A stretch of 62,687 bases of DNA, the filler included, from Craspedostauros australis (taxonomy: Eukaryota): assembly GCA_030167865.1 (NCBI GenBank). It is 10 parts of 10 records of this genome, joined end to end, with 100 filler letters (N's around TTAATTAATTAA, not from the genome) between each part and the next. Parts side by side here need not be neighbours in the genome. Positions count along the whole stretch, not along the records: positions 1 to 12,603 come from JALAGF010003648.1; positions 12,704 to 29,766 come from JALAGF010003652.1; 8 more parts are not named here. One strand, 5' to 3'. Below the pieces are notes generated by a model. The model was not told the origin of the DNA. It did no database searches and saw only the letters and a list, made by a program, of their open reading frames with translations. Positions within the stretch are counted from its first letter, which is position 1; every line of letters starts with the position of its first letter. Shown in pieces: positions 8,872 through 22,203 of this stretch. The translations under genes and the position numbers were made by a program.

Positions 8872-11800
8872 ATGGCATCGAAGGGCGACTCAACGACTGA
8901 CAGCAGCGCCCGCGATATTGGCGATGAGCGTGACGAGATCAAAGAGCTCCAGAAGATCTCCCAAAAGGAGACAAACAGAGTCCGGACATGGCGTTTGCTT
9001 CTCTGTCTTGCTCTCTTGCTGGCTGCCATCTCCGTCACCATCGCAACCTACCAGCTACTTCGTCGACAGGAAACGCGCAACTTTGAGCAGGCCGTAAGTT
9101 TGGAACAATATCGAGGACAGGCGGCGTATGCTCTACTCGTATGATGATGTTGTGCCTGCTGTGTGACTGTCGTTGAAGCAAGCAGAGCATCAATCTGAAT
9201 CGCCGGATCCTTGCGTGGCACCTCAACACTTGACGATTCTACCAAGTCGTGTCATACTCACTCTGACACACATCTATCTTCTTGTCGATGTATACTCTTA
9301 TATTACGTACTGCTCAAATTCTCACCGCCCCCGTCACGCGTGTGCCGATCCATCAGTTCACCCAATTCGCTCGCACCATCAAGAGTTCAATGCTGCAGAA
9401 CCAGGAAGATATCCGACAGTCCCTGCACGGTTTGAGCAGAGTGTGTTCATCAGATGCCGAGACTGCGAACGCAACTTGGCCATTCCATGTTGTGAACAAC
9501 TTCGAAGCTCATGCCAGGACGGCAAGGGATCACTCTGGCAGCGAGGTCATAGCCGTTGGCAGGCTCGTGCCGCGCGAGCAAAAGGACGAATATTTGGATT
9601 TCGTTTCAGACACCTACAGACAGACGGTCATCGACAGTCACATGCAGGACAAGGGAAACCTGGATCAACTCGTGGACAACACTGCCGACTACACCAACTA
9701 CATGTCCAAGCCTGGATCTCCGAGGTTCGTCCCGCAGGATGAACTTGACTACTACTGGCCCATGTACGAGTTCTCGCCTCCGTACTTCTCGTATGGCGTG
9801 ATCAATTGGGACCTCAGATCAATTCCCCTGTACGATGAGCTCCTCAAGACGATGCTCGTGCTCAAGAATGAGACCCTGAGCACGCAGGTCAAGGGATACA
9901 CGACTATCGGTATCTCTTTCACCTACGAAGAGCACCAGCAGATGCACAGCCAACCCAAGAACTCGGACGAGGACTTCCCGCACAGTTTCACCTACTATCC
10001 GGTATACAATAAGACTGGAGACTCCAACTCCGGCATAGTGGGCTTGGTCGTTGTTGCAGTCGCTTGGGATGCGGCCATGCGATTCCTTCTCCCCACCGGC
10101 GTTTCTGGTATCGTCGCCATCCTACGAAACACGTGTGATCAGGTATTCACGTACAAGATCGATGGTCCGGACGCCATATTCATTGGTGAAGGCGAACTGT
10201 ACAAGAATAAGTACCCCGATCTCAGGCATAGGGTCGACCTGGCAGTTCACACTCATCCAGACTTCGCCACGGCACCCGGTCACTGCATGTACTCACTGGT
10301 AAGATATCATCTGAGGAAGTCATGGGTCTGTTTGCAGCTGCGATTCGTACTGGCATGACCTGTTGTTTGCTCTACTTCGTCCATTTCTGCGCGCTCTTAC
10401 ATTGGCAACGCCATCAACATTCTTCTTTACAACACACTCCACTCCTGCACCTGCACCTGCATCTTTATCTTCACCTTTACTCACATTGTGGCATGAATAG
10501 GATATCTTTCCATCAAAGGAATTAGAGGATGAATACACCACGGACACACCTGTCATCTACGCCACTGTAGTTGCCGTCACCTTCGTCGGAGTCATCCTCA
10601 TCTTCTTCGTGTACGATCTCTTCGTCCAGAGACGCAACTGGAAGCTGATGGGACAAGCGGCACGATCCAATGCCATCGTCACGTCCCTCTTCCCAGGCAA
10701 GCTCCGAGACCAGATCATGGACCAAAGCCGAATGGACCAGAAGGAGTCACGAAGAGGAACGGCATCCGAAATGAAGTCCTTCCTGTCATTCGCCCTGAGC
10801 GAGGACAACGATTTCGTCAAGTTCGAATCACGGCCCCTGGCTGAGTTCTTCCTGGAGACGACCATCATGTTCGCTGACATCACCGGCTTCACAGCATGGG
10901 CGTCCGTCCGCGAGCCAAGCCAAGTCTTCACTCTGTTGGAGACCGTGTACAGCTCCTTCGATCAACTCGCGAAGCGCCGGCGCGTGTTCAAGGTGGAGAC
11001 CGTCGGTGACTGCTACGTCGCAGTGACAGGATTGCCCGAGCCCAGAGCAGACCATGCCATCTCCATGGCGAGATTCGCCCAGGACTGCCTCTGGAGCTTC
11101 AGTACCGTGGTCGACCAGCTCGAAGTCATCCTTGGTCCTGACACAGCCGACCTGGGCATCCGCATTGGGATCCACAGTGGGCCTGTGACTGCCGGCGTGT
11201 TGCGTGGTGAGCGCTCTCGCTTCCAACTCTTCGGAGACACGATGAACACAACAGCCCGACTGGAAAGCACGAGTATGAGAGGCAGGATTCAGGTGTCGAA
11301 GCAAACAGCCGAGCTCATCGCAAAGTCAGGCAAGCCTCATTGGCTGCAGAAGCGAGCCGACGTTGTGATGGCGAAGGGGAAGGGGGAGATGGAAACCTTC
11401 TGGCTCTCGCCTGGTAAGGGAAGCCCTGATGGCGAGACAGAGAGTGAGACAGACATGAATGCTCAAATCTTCGAGCTTGCCGATGCCATTCAGGGGAACA
11501 AGTCCATCAGTCTGGACTCAAGGATCGCTCGCCTCATTGACTGGAACGTCGAAACTTTGGTGCGGTTGCTGAAGCAAATCGTCGCAAGACGACGCGCGTC
11601 ACACGATTTCTCTTCGAAACCAAGTCACGTTGACCGCAGCATGTGTCTCAGTGTCGATCACAGGAAAGGAGAAACCTTCCTAGACGAGGTGAAAGAGATC
11701 ATCGAACTCCCTGAGTTCGACGCGGGTATTGCTCAGAGGGAGCAGGCGCAAGGCCCCGCCGAGGTCAGCTCTGTCGTTGTCGAAGAGCTCCGAGCGTACG

Positions 11801-12603
11801 TGACAGAAGTCGCGGACTTGTACCGCAAGAATCCGTTCCACAGCTTCGAGCACGCAAGTCATGTCACCATGTCCGTCATCAAGCTCATGACACGCATTGT
11901 GGCCCCTTCGGATCTCGATCTTGGCGGCACCGCAACGGAGGCAACCATTCACGAAGGCGACGAGAATGCCGCAGACAAGGGCAGATTGCAAAAGGAGGCA
12001 TCTTCATTGCACGATCACACCTACGGAATCACATCCGATCCGCTGACGCAGTTTGCATGCGCCTTCACTGCACTCATCCACGACGTCGATCACACCGGCG
12101 TTCCCAACCAGCAGCTCATCAGCGAGAATCCAAGGCTCGCGGCCATCTACAAGAACAGGAGCGTCGCGGAACAAAACTCGCTCAGCCTCTCATGGGATCT
12201 CCTCATGGATGAACGCTTCGAGAACCTGCGCAACACCATCTTCTCCACCAAGGCCGAGCTCTGCCGTTTCCGAGAGCTTGTGGTGAACGCTGTCATGGCC
12301 ACAGACATCGTCGACAAGGACCTCAAGGTCCTCCGCAACGAGCGCTGGAACAAGGCATTCGAGACCACCGACAACAGCAACAACAACAATGTTGGCAATG
12401 TTGCTGCCGACAGCAGCAGGAAAGGTCGATCGGTCAGTGCGAAACGCGCAGCTCGTGATGGTGTCAACCGCAAGGCGACCATCGTGATCGAGCATCTCAT
12501 CCAGGCTTCGGATGTTGCCCACACCATGCAGCATTGGCACGTGTACCGCAAGTGGAACGAGCGGTTGTTCCACGAGCTCTACGCTGCCTACCGAAGCGGA
12601 CGA
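8872..12603 (+). CDS. Transmembrane guanylate/adenylate cyclase-phosphodiesterase fusion; exons 8872-9093, 9357-10298, 10501->12603 (3' truncated)
   Basis: Two phase-0 GT-AG introns join the frames cleanly. Two TM helices flank an extracellular domain. Cyclase motifs FADITGFT, KVETVGDCY, RFQLFGDTMN. PDE motifs NPFHSFEHASHV, LIHDVDH, ATD, SDV. Confidence 0.92.
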
Positions 12604-12703
12604 NNNNNNNNNNNNNNNNNNNNNNNNNNNNNNNNNNNNNNNNNNNNTTAATTAATTAANNNNNNNNNNNNNNNNNNNNNNNNNNNNNNNNNNNNNNNNN
12701 NNN
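12604..12703. other. Artificial contig spacer; also at 29767-29866, 32646-32745, 36799-36898, 51570-51669, 52931-53030, 54311-54410, 56119-56218, 57954-58053
   Basis: Identical 100-nt N-runs containing TTAATTAATTAA, which puts stops in all six frames. Confidence 0.98.
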
Positions 12704-13199
12704 CATGGAGGGCATTCTCACCCTTCTCATCTTGCACGAGAGCGCTTGCAGAATGTGACTCGATCAGAGTCTTCACGATGGCCACATGACCCTCGGTACA
12801 AGCGTCGTGGAGTGCCACCTTGCCGGAGTTATCCTGGAGGTTGACATCTGCGGCATGCGATCCGGCCAGGTATTCCACGACATCAAGGTTGCCCTGTGCG
12901 CATGCATAGTGTAGCGCAGTCTCTCCATCCATGGATTTGGCATTGACGTTTGCTCCGCATGATTCCATCAACTGTTTGATCGTTTCAAGTTGGCCGTTGG
13001 AGCATGCGAAGTGGAGTGCAGTCTTGTCGCGGTCATCCTTGATCGTGTCGATGGAGGTTTGTGGGAATGCTGTCTTCCACGCAGTGAGGGTATCCATGTC
13101 TCCTTGTTCTGCGGCGCGTAGGAGATCCTGATGGGTGATGATTGACGGGGATGCATCATCAGAGGTCGACTTGGGCGGAATGAGAGACGGTGAGGTCAT
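12704..13199 (-). CDS. Ankyrin-repeat protein, 3' truncated by the contig end
   Basis: TALHFACSNG, TALHYACAQG and VALHDACTEG repeats. Likely start is MTSPSL at 13199. Confidence 0.85.
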
Positions 13200-14617
13200 G
13201 GATAGTGATGTCCGGACTTGATGGTTGTGGTTGCGCAATGGTGAGGCGAACAGCGCAACAAGTGGGGGGAGGATGAAGACCACGATGGAGCTGGTATGTG
13301 TCGAAAAGGGATGACTTGTTGCTGGGATCAGATCAATGCGACGGGCTTTTTCGATGCGATTGATTGATTGATTGTTTGGCTGATCGTGGTCGCTTGATCG
13401 CATCTCTGTCTGCTTTTTTTGAAGCGATCATCTTCTGTTTCATGGTCGTTGGTGGTGGTATCCCGTGCTCCGTTTCACGCAGCGTGCATGGCATTGCGTT
13501 GATTGTTGCCTGGTGATGTTTCTCATTTCATATTGGTACCGCGATGTCGCTGTGGTCACCCCCATCAACTTTGGCATCAACGTGAACATCAGCTTGGACA
13601 TAGTCCTGAACGTGAACGTGATCGTGGCCGTGGCCAGCCACAGAAGGAGAAAGTTGATCGTGGCCGTGGACGTCGGAAGTCATCATTGTGCGTGTCATCA
13701 TTCCTGGAATGTGGATACGACCGAGGATCCTGCGAGTGTGGTATGACTATGTTGCAAAGGACGGGAGTCAACACGAATTTGGAGAAACCGCTGGTGTTCC
13801 GTGTTGGATCGTGCCCGCTCTGTGGCGCCGAAATTGGTCACGGCTCCCTTTTGCGCTACTGCTGCTGTTGTTGTTGTTGTTCTCATCTGTTTTCCAGGAA
13901 GGTACGATGGATCGGTTGCGTCCTCGTAGTGCCATGGTGACTGATGTCCCTCCTGAATGCAATTCTCCGCGTGTGCGTGGACGAGAGGAAGAACACGGCG
14001 GAAGTGTTCGTGCCGTGGGATCTCCGGCTGCTGATGCTAATACTTCGAATCTCTCTACTCGTTGGTCGATACTTCTGTTGGTAACACTTCTGTTGGTACC
14101 ACTTCTACTCGTATGCACATCATCATCATTGTGTTTGTTGCAGCGTCGTCAGTTCCGTGGCTGGTGGTGCAATGGGGCATCCATGATCGTCATACGACTA
14201 CGAGTGCTCATCTCACACCACGCTTTTCCTCACTCTCCGTGCCATTCTTGTTCTCGGAATGAAGTTGTTGGTGGTGTTCGTTCATTCACGAATCCGTTGT
14301 TCTCTTCGGCGTTGAGTCACGCGATGCACTCAATCAACATTCACCCAACGGTCGCTGCGAATCTGGCCGCTGCCGTCATTTCCAATAATTACCATCATTG
14401 CCACCATTGCCATCACTGCAGTCATAGCACAACACCAGTCAGTGCCGAGGCTGGTGCCAATCAAAGGCATGCGCAAGAGGAAGCGGTATCGCACCATACC
14501 ATACCACACCATACGTACTTCATCCTGATCGCAGCGGTGTGCGCACTGCATTGGCTCAACAACGCAACGGCAGATGGCAGCCCACTGCACTAACACGATG
14601 GATCGTTCGCGCGAAAG

Positions 14618-16823
14618 ATGATGGTCGGCATTTTGGTGTGCTTCATGCTTCTGCAAGCCAAGGGTCTGTACAATGTATCGAATCATCCCTGGTTTTTAGA
14701 CTCTTCAATTCCACTGGAGGGTACCGACTATGCCACTCACATCGATCTGGCTTCTCCTCGTCAGGATGCACGCACGGATGGTTGGAACGAGATGGCGACC
14801 ACCGCATCCGCCAAGTCATTGGTGCAGTCATTGACTCAGGTGTCAATGGCAATACCAGCGAATACCAGACTACGAGTGAATGGTGCACTGCAATCCCTGC
14901 ATGCTCATCACATGCAACAGAAGATGCCGCAACTCGTTCTTCGTGTTGGATCATCGAAGACAGCGACATCCACCATGCAAGCCAACATGGACGAGCTCAA
15001 GCAACAAGGGATTGTTCAAGCAGGACAAGTACGTCTACTGGGGGCGGGGATCTTTTGATGGAAGATATGGTGGGATTGAACTGAACTCCATTGGTGACTT
15101 ATGGAACGTCACTTGCATGCACAAGGAGTACGCAGACTATCTCCAACGGAAACAGCATTCCGTCGAAGCCAGGAATAATAGAGCCCAAACGTAATGGCTT
15201 ATCACTTGTTAGCTGATGTTGGCTGTAGAGGCTTGATTGGCAAGCGGGTCCGGACGAGAGTCTTCTGTTCCACAAGTAGTCAATTGAGAATACTGGTAGA
15301 TGGTGAAGAAACGTGCGGATTATGTGATTAGTGCAATTATTCTTGTTGGTGTGACACCCTGTGTGGGTTGCCCTGGAAAAGGGTCGTAGGGTTTGCGTAG
15401 CCCAAGTACCACAGGAGGGGGCCCTTTTGTTGGGTTGCTGTCAGAAACGGGTCGTAGGGTTTGCGTAGCTCCAGTACTATGGGAGAGTTTCCTTCATGGA
15501 GTTGGAAGCTGGGCGAAGGTCATCTCGCGTGTACTCCCACGTGGAACCGTACCGTCAATCCAGTAGTCTTGTATCGGCATCAAGTTTTTGGTGGGGAGGG
15601 GTTCTGGTGACCCAGTCATTGGGACCCTTTTCCATGGGTCCTGGACTTCAAAGAGTTTCTTCGAAGACTTGTGCCTGCTCCAAACGTGGTTATGTCCAAA
15701 ACGTGGTTCAGACCGATTCGTGGGAAAACGAGTCATGTGTTCCAGGAAATCCTTCCTTAGCCTAACTGCTAGTTTAGCTCTATTAAGGAACGCCAACAAT
15801 ATGACGATTTCGTCCACTGAATTCGATTCAGCAGCGTCTTCGCCCACGCAAGCTGTTCTGGATTGCATACGGAACGTCAAGAACCTTCTGGATTCATTGA
15901 GGCAGGATGGTATGTCCTTGATTGTGAGCGACGAATTGTATTCCTGGAGAACACGATTTCGAAGCAAGGGGATCTATCACAAGCCCACGTTCTTTGATCA
16001 CCTCCAGGACTTGCTACAGGGATGGAATGTGACCGCTGTCGTCACCTATCGCCGTGTCTTCGACTGGATGCTCAGCAGCATCAAGCAGGATCACTCCCGC
16101 AAAATCGACAAGGCGTTGGTAATAAGCCAATGGTCTGCCAACGGTGGAAAGCCTCAAGAACGGACCTGGCCCATCATTTGCGGCTGGGTCTGCCAGAGCT
16201 TGCCTCTTGCGCGCGATCCCAACAGGTGCAAGACGGTCACAGGGACGTACGTCTTCATGGATGGTTCCATACATCTCTGGAATTCAGGCGGCTTTGCAAC
16301 GCACATCCTCAACATGCATTCCCAACGCCACATCACGCAGCAGCTGATTTGCGATTTCATCCATGATGCGCCCCATTCCTGTCGTTATCTGCAGGAGAAA
16401 AAAGACAACGCACCAAGGAACGTTTGCAACATGCTGTGGTACAAGCACAATGACATTGTCTTCTCAGCAGCGGAGCGAGGTGTGATTAGCAAGAACAAGC
16501 AAGCCCGCCGATCAAGGATAAGCTTTGCGAATCTACTGGCACTCTACCATGGTCACACATGCAACAAGACGATGGCAGATCTGCCATCGGTTTGCCCTTC
16601 CGACGATCAGCTGGAGCACTTTCTCAACATGTCGGTGAGTATAGAACGCCAATTGATGCCTGATTGGTACGCTTCTCCAGAAGGCGAATCGCTGCATCGA
16701 TCAGCATTTCAACACACCGCGTATCGCAAACGTGAGTTTTGCGGAGTGGACTTGGACCGACTCTTTCAGAATGTCACATCCTGGAATGGTCTGTTGCGAA
16801 ACCTCAATCGGACCTGGGATTGA
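14618..16823 (+). pseudogene. Disrupted P-loop/sulfotransferase-like gene
   Basis: N-terminal TM segment, then LVLRVGSSKTATSTMQ (degenerate HxGPxKTATxxxQ), LIVSDE, VVTYRR..W..S. There is a frameshift near 15010-15040 and an unrelated ~600-bp insert at about 15190-15800. Confidence 0.55.
15364..15477. repeat. Two ~67-bp tandem units inside a putative insertion
   Basis: GGGTCGTAGGGTTTGCGTAGC occurs at 15381 and 15449, each preceded by TGGGTTGC. Confidence 0.8.
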
Positions 16824-17544
16824 GGCGAGGCTGCAAGATCCTGCAATTGCTATCCACGCGCAACGTCGCAACCAGCAATGATGGGCTTCTTCGCTGTTGT
16901 GGGTTCCGACATGCCATTGCATGTCAATTGAGTAGAGTACATACCCATGCATTGTAAATGAATCAATTTGATGAACATGGAAATGAGTTTCGTCGATCAT
17001 ATGGTACAGTACAGTGTTAGGATCTACGGAAGGTACCATGCTGTCGAGAGTAAGTACTCTGTTTATTTGCAGGTATGGGTTGGAAATGAGATGGCTCTCC
17101 TTTCGAAATCACGAGATTACTGGTACAGTCATGCGCAGATACTCCACGGTCTCGACTCGAACTCGTAGACTTCATCTCATTGTATGTACATACGGACAGA
17201 CGATTGCAGTGTCGAACACCGAAGTGAACTCGGGATTGTCGCACGACTGAGAACACAATGGAATTCGATCGAAGAACACATCGAGAATTCCTCCGAAAAT
17301 CGATCAATCATGGCACGACTCGTCTGAGAATCACAAACCTCCTCACAAAATGTAACAACAAGCCACAAGCAACAACGAAGGACACGACAATGATATTCTC
17401 ACTTTCACCATTCGATACCTACGATGGCGAGTACGAGCCGTACTTTCGCCGCAGTCAGCCGCAACACTATACGACTATGAACGCCGATGAGATGTACAAT
17501 CGGAGACACGCGGCCGCTGCTGCTCACAGAGAAGCGCAACGACG

Positions 17545-18378
17545 ACCCTTGACAACCGTCAGCGCTTCTTCCGCCAGAATGAGGAACGTTGCCACGAGCA
17601 GGGTTGCTCCGGCACCGCCTGAACCCGCCGTGAAGAACCCGAAATCGACATTGAGATCGGCCGGCTTGAGGTTCTTGTTTTGCTGCAGGACTTGCCGCAC
17701 GAGCTGCTTGGCCATGAGACTGGAAACGCCTGGCCAGCATCCGGTGCTGATGATGCAAGGGACGTTGGATTCGATGGACTTGGCATTGTACTTCGCCTTG
17801 GCGGCAGAGCCTGTGCAGTAGTCATCGCAGACGTCGATGTAAGCAACGCTGTTGGACACGCAGGCCGCGATGACACCGTTGGGCATCTTGACCTTGCCTT
17901 GGAAGGGACCGGCCGTGTGGACGCACATATCGTAGCTGCCCCGCTGCAGCACCGATGCGACGGATTGCTCCTCCTCGCGGTCCAGAGCCTGGAATTACAC
18001 ATCGTCCACCGACAGGTTGGGGGAGCTGGTGCGCCAACGTTACTGCGCCGCGAGGAAGGGATCGATGCTGGTGCCACCCACGGTGACCACCGATCCTCGC
18101 TTCAGCAGCTGCGTCACGACGTTTCCGCCCACACGTCCTGATCCACTGACCACCAGGACATTCTTTCCATTCAGCGCATCAAAGGTGATCTCTTGCTTGG
18201 CTGCCACGTGCAACGAAGGAAGTCTCCGGGCGGCGCAAGCACCAGCATCCCCATGAGCCTCGTGACCTACTATCGAAGCTGATGAAGGCCATGAAGGTGA
18301 TGAAGGAACGAACGCAATGCTTGTTGACAGACAGCAGGCGAACGCATAGCACGCGACGAGGAAGTGCGATCTGATCAT
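17545..18378 (-). pseudogene. Plastid-targeted saccharopine-dehydrogenase-like (Rossmann) pseudogene, 3' truncated
   Basis: Signal peptide plus SIAFVP leader, VLVVSGSGRVG, VHTAGPFQG, YIDVCDD, TGCWPGVS, FTAGSGGAG. In-frame TAA stops at 18040-18042 and ~17995-17997. Confidence 0.8.
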
Positions 18379-18900
18379 CGTCGAGCAAGGGAGTTGTATG
18401 ATGTTTACTCTCGAGAAGAGCACGTATTGTGTTTGGGTATCGTGGGTCGAAGTTTGTGCAATGTGTGTTGTCGTCTTCTCGAGGGAGAATCTGAGCGAAC
18501 GCAGATGGCGAACATTTCTGAGTCAAGGATACGCACGTGCACGTGACAAAGTGGAGTCGCGAATCTTTCCTCACACTCGCACGACTCGTTTGAGTGACGG
18601 GACCTGAAGATCGCATTCGAAACACCCACAATGACACAGGCCGCGCTAAGACTTGTGCGCAAAGAGAGGAAGAGAGGACCAAGACAACAAGGCAACAAGA
18701 CAACAAGACAACAACACACACCATTCACTCCCATACTCGAGCACATCAGCAACAGACATCGAGTTACCACACAGTGCATCGTACTCATCCTAATACTAAT
18801 ACAACCTATTGAAGACACACGATCGATATCTCGGCCATAGATAGCTCAGACTACGTGCTTCCTCAACAGCCAATCCAACGCCATCGACCATCCCCTCAAA

Positions 18901-19647
18901 ATGCCGAATGTCACTGACCAACAACTCCTTCGTGCTGCCAGGGTAGGTGACTTGTTGGTGTTGAAGGAATGGAAGAAGCAGAACAAGACGCAGCATGAAG
19001 GAGTTGATGTCAACCAGGTTAAAGACTGGCTTGGTTGGACTCCCCTTTTTTGGGCATGCTGCAATGGCCACCTGGAGTGTGTGCAGTACCTCATCGAATC
19101 ATGTGGGGCCAATGCCAACTGCAAAACCAGCAAAGGCTTCACTCCCCTTCATGCGGCATGCCTCAGCGGCCACCTGGAGTGTATCGAGTACCTCATGAAA
19201 TCGTGTGGAGCTGACACCAACTGCCAAAACAACAATGGTGACACTCCCTTTCATTGGGCATGCCACAACAACCAGCTGGAGTGTGTGGAGTCCCTCATCC
19301 GAGGACTTTCACCTTCACCTTCAGCTCACCCACAACTGCAACAACTGCAGCAACTCTTACAACAAAACGAGCAAGAGAAGAAACAACCACAAGAACAGTT
19401 GAGAAAGCAGTTGAAGCGAAAGAAGCAAGAGAATGAACACAAACATAGCAACCACAAGAGGACAACATCAGTATTGGAGAAGACTGGCTCAGATCCTTCC
19501 AAATCGAGAACAGGGCAAACACCATCTTCTTGTGTGGACAGGGCGACCGACAACAACCAATCAAACAAACGCGGAAGTCCTGATGATCACCGTCCCATCC
19601 ATTGTGACACTGATCGACAAAGGAACCCAACATCAGCACGCGAATGA
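18901..19647 (+). CDS. Ankyrin-repeat protein (about 3 repeats) with Q-rich tail, family copy A
   Basis: TPLxxACxxGHLEC..YL..SCGA repeats of 34 aa. Paralog of the ORFs at 26389 and 31804. Confidence 0.85.
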   Translation: MPNVTDQQLLRAARVGDLLVLKEWKKQNKTQHEGVDVNQVKDWLGWTPLFWACCNGHLECVQYLIESCGANANCKTSKGFTPLHAACLSGHLECIEYLMKSCGADTNCQNNNGDTPFHWACHNNQLECVESLIRGLSPSPSAHPQLQQLQQLLQQNEQEKKQPQEQLRKQLKRKKQENEHKHSNHKRTTSVLEKTGSDPSKSRTGQTPSSCVDRATDNNQSNKRGSPDDHRPIHCDTDRQRNPTSARE

Positions 19648-20252
19648 TGGCACCGAAGACGGCGCGGCCCCATGTAAGTAACTGTCCTCTTCCCATCCTT
19701 CAACCAAAACACGTCCGAGACGTCCTCCAATGCATCTATACAGGTGAGATATCCTTTGATGACAGCACTCGCGACAACGCTGCTGCTCATGTCAACGCTC
19801 ATGTCGGCGCTTCCGCCGACGCTCACCACGATGCAGATGCCTCTCACCAGCCAACTCCCACCCTCAATGGACAGGACGATCTGCAACAGCTGATCCTTGT
19901 GGCCAACGAGATCGGCTTCTGGCGACTTAAGCTTGTTCTTGAAGCAGAGTTGGCCCGCAAGCATCTCACCAAGAGCACCATGATAGATGCGTTGATATTC
20001 GCCGATCGACACAACTGCGTGGTGTTGAAGGATGCAGCAATGAGAATGGCAGCTGAAAGTGAGAAAGATATGTTCGCTCATCCAGATTTCAGCAAGCTGA
20101 TTCCACACCATCAACTGATGGGAGGCATTCATGTCCTCCGCAGTGGCGGAGAGGAGAGTGATGGTATTGATGATGAGTACAGTCATATGTCCATGATGGA
20201 GCTTTACAAGGTTACGGATGAGGACAAGGGTACAGCACAAGTGGATTCATAA
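19515..20252 (+). pseudogene. Frameshifted BTB/POZ-BACK-like segment downstream of ankyrin copy A
   Basis: TIFLCG../TNAEVLMITVP/..VLQCIYTG..LILVANEIGFWRLKLVLE..ALIFADRHNCVVLKDAAM is spread over three frames. Confidence 0.7.
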
Positions 20253-20429
20253 ATGGATTGGGCGACATTGGTGGACTTCGTCTGCTCTATGAGAACCAAT
20301 TGATCCAAATGATTGAGACGGACGGTGCTGCTGAAGAAGAGGAGTGAAATGCCAGACCATAGCATGCCATACCACAGCATAACAGCAGTCTTCGAGAAGT
20401 GGAAGCATGGCGGAGTTGAGTTGATGGAT

Positions 20430-21550
20430 AAACATAGTCGTCAGAATAGTCATTAGGATAGTAACTGTGTGACTAGAGGTAGAGCCAGCAGTGATCCATT
20501 CATTCAATGGTGCGTCCGGCATGCCTTCACTGTCGCCTTTGGCAATGCACGCAGTATGTTGCTCCATGCACTCCTGTATCGTTCACAGCACGGTCTGGCT
20601 GAACCATGAGATACGCATGATCCTCTGTGCATGAACTGCAAATGATCCCGGTTGGCGTACGGCACGTTGCTGTGCAGTACCATTGGCCAATGTGACGTGA
20701 AGAAGAAGGTTCAGCCACCGCTGTCATCGTCATGGTCGTCATTGCCGATCCTATGGTTTCCGCGTTCGTTCGTTTCGTTGGTGTGGAAGGATCTTCGTGG
20801 GAAACGATGGCGGACTCCAAGGGTGTCATGCATGGCTTGTAGGAATCGAATCCAACTTGATGAAGTGGAACGTACTGCGACAGTCAGCTTGTTGGTGGTG
20901 GTGGTTCAACAGTTCGTGCACGATGTCGCGCAAGGCACAAGTGCATGCCAGGTGCTGCATGGTTTTCGATATGGCGGACAAAGATGACGAGTCATGGGAG
21001 AAGTTGCCAACGTAATTGCACACGATTTCTTTCATCTGTCGATGGGACGAGACAGTGCCTCTGTCTCATCATTTGCAATTTGTGGCTGCGACGCATCTCT
21101 TTGAGCATCGGTATGAACAAGCGTGGCTGGTTGTGGTACGTGTTGTTGTAACTGAGGAACATCTCCGAACAACAGGCTCTGCAGGTCTCGGAAGAAGTCG
21201 CTGCGCTTGATCTCACGGATGCACCCGTCCAACATGTGCTGAATCTCCGTTGCCGACAGCGCATCGGACGTCTGTGTGAGTGGATGCTGCTGCTGCTGAC
21301 TTGAATCCAGACCGCACCATGGGCCATGACATGTCTTGCCGTTGTTGTTGGCACTGTTGTTGCTTCTGTTGTTGGCGCTGCCATTTCCCATGCCCCAAGA
21401 TCTTCTCTACTCCGGAGCAGTTTGTGTGATATCTTCCTTTCTGATGGCGCTGAGCGATGTGGCACGTTGGAGATCGCTGTTCGTCGCCGCTTGCCATTCA
21501 TCATCTGTATCAGCGTCATCATCGGCATCGTCATCGTCTCTTGCCATGGC
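20430..21550 (-). pseudogene. Fragmented gene with Cys-rich C-terminal motifs
   Basis: Consecutive ORF pieces 21032-21391, 20826-21035 and 20527-20829 carry CTATC, CSSC and CVHC motifs and are separated by frameshifts or stops. Confidence 0.4.
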
Positions 21551-22203
21551 CGCCTTCGTTGATTCTGGTTGGCGTGCCATATTTGCGCAGCCGCTGCTTG
21601 CTTGATTACTTCATTTCTTCGTTGCTGTTTTGATTCATTTCTTTGTTGGAGAATGTCTCAGTGTTGGCTGATACCTCCATCAATGCAACATAGTCATGCC
21701 ATTTCATCACCCTCTCTCTCTCTCTCTCTTGTTGTGTTGATGTTGTTTGATGGATCGTGGCGCAAAATCGAAGATTCGTTGTTTTGGGTGGTGTCAAGAA
21801 TTTTTGGCGCGTTTGGTAAGCACTCGTCTGTCTGCCATCCGTTGTTCATTCACCAATGCGTTGTCTTCGTGCAATGCAACTCTGTTCGACGATGGCGATG
21901 ACGATGACGATGACGATGGCAACCACTCCAATGACGCCGCATCCCTTCACATTGGTACCACCAACAACAACACCAACACAAACAATCAGACAATCAGACA
22001 AGATGATGAGACATCGACATCCAAGAGGAACTGTGGGAAGGCTCGCCAGTTGCTCCGCACCTTGACCCACCCGTCGTACGACTATGAGTATTACTATGGA
22101 ACCTTCCATGAGTACGATCTACTCTGGGAGTTGTCACAGCAAAGCGTCCAGCCTGATATTCTGTTCAAACCTTTGTGCGGTCATGAGGTCATGACGATCG
22201 GAG

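Noticed and set aside
12604..12703. Recurrent TTAATTAATTAA motif and ORFs ending in X..LIN
   Set aside because: Artificial contig linker, so adjacency across spacers has no biological meaning.
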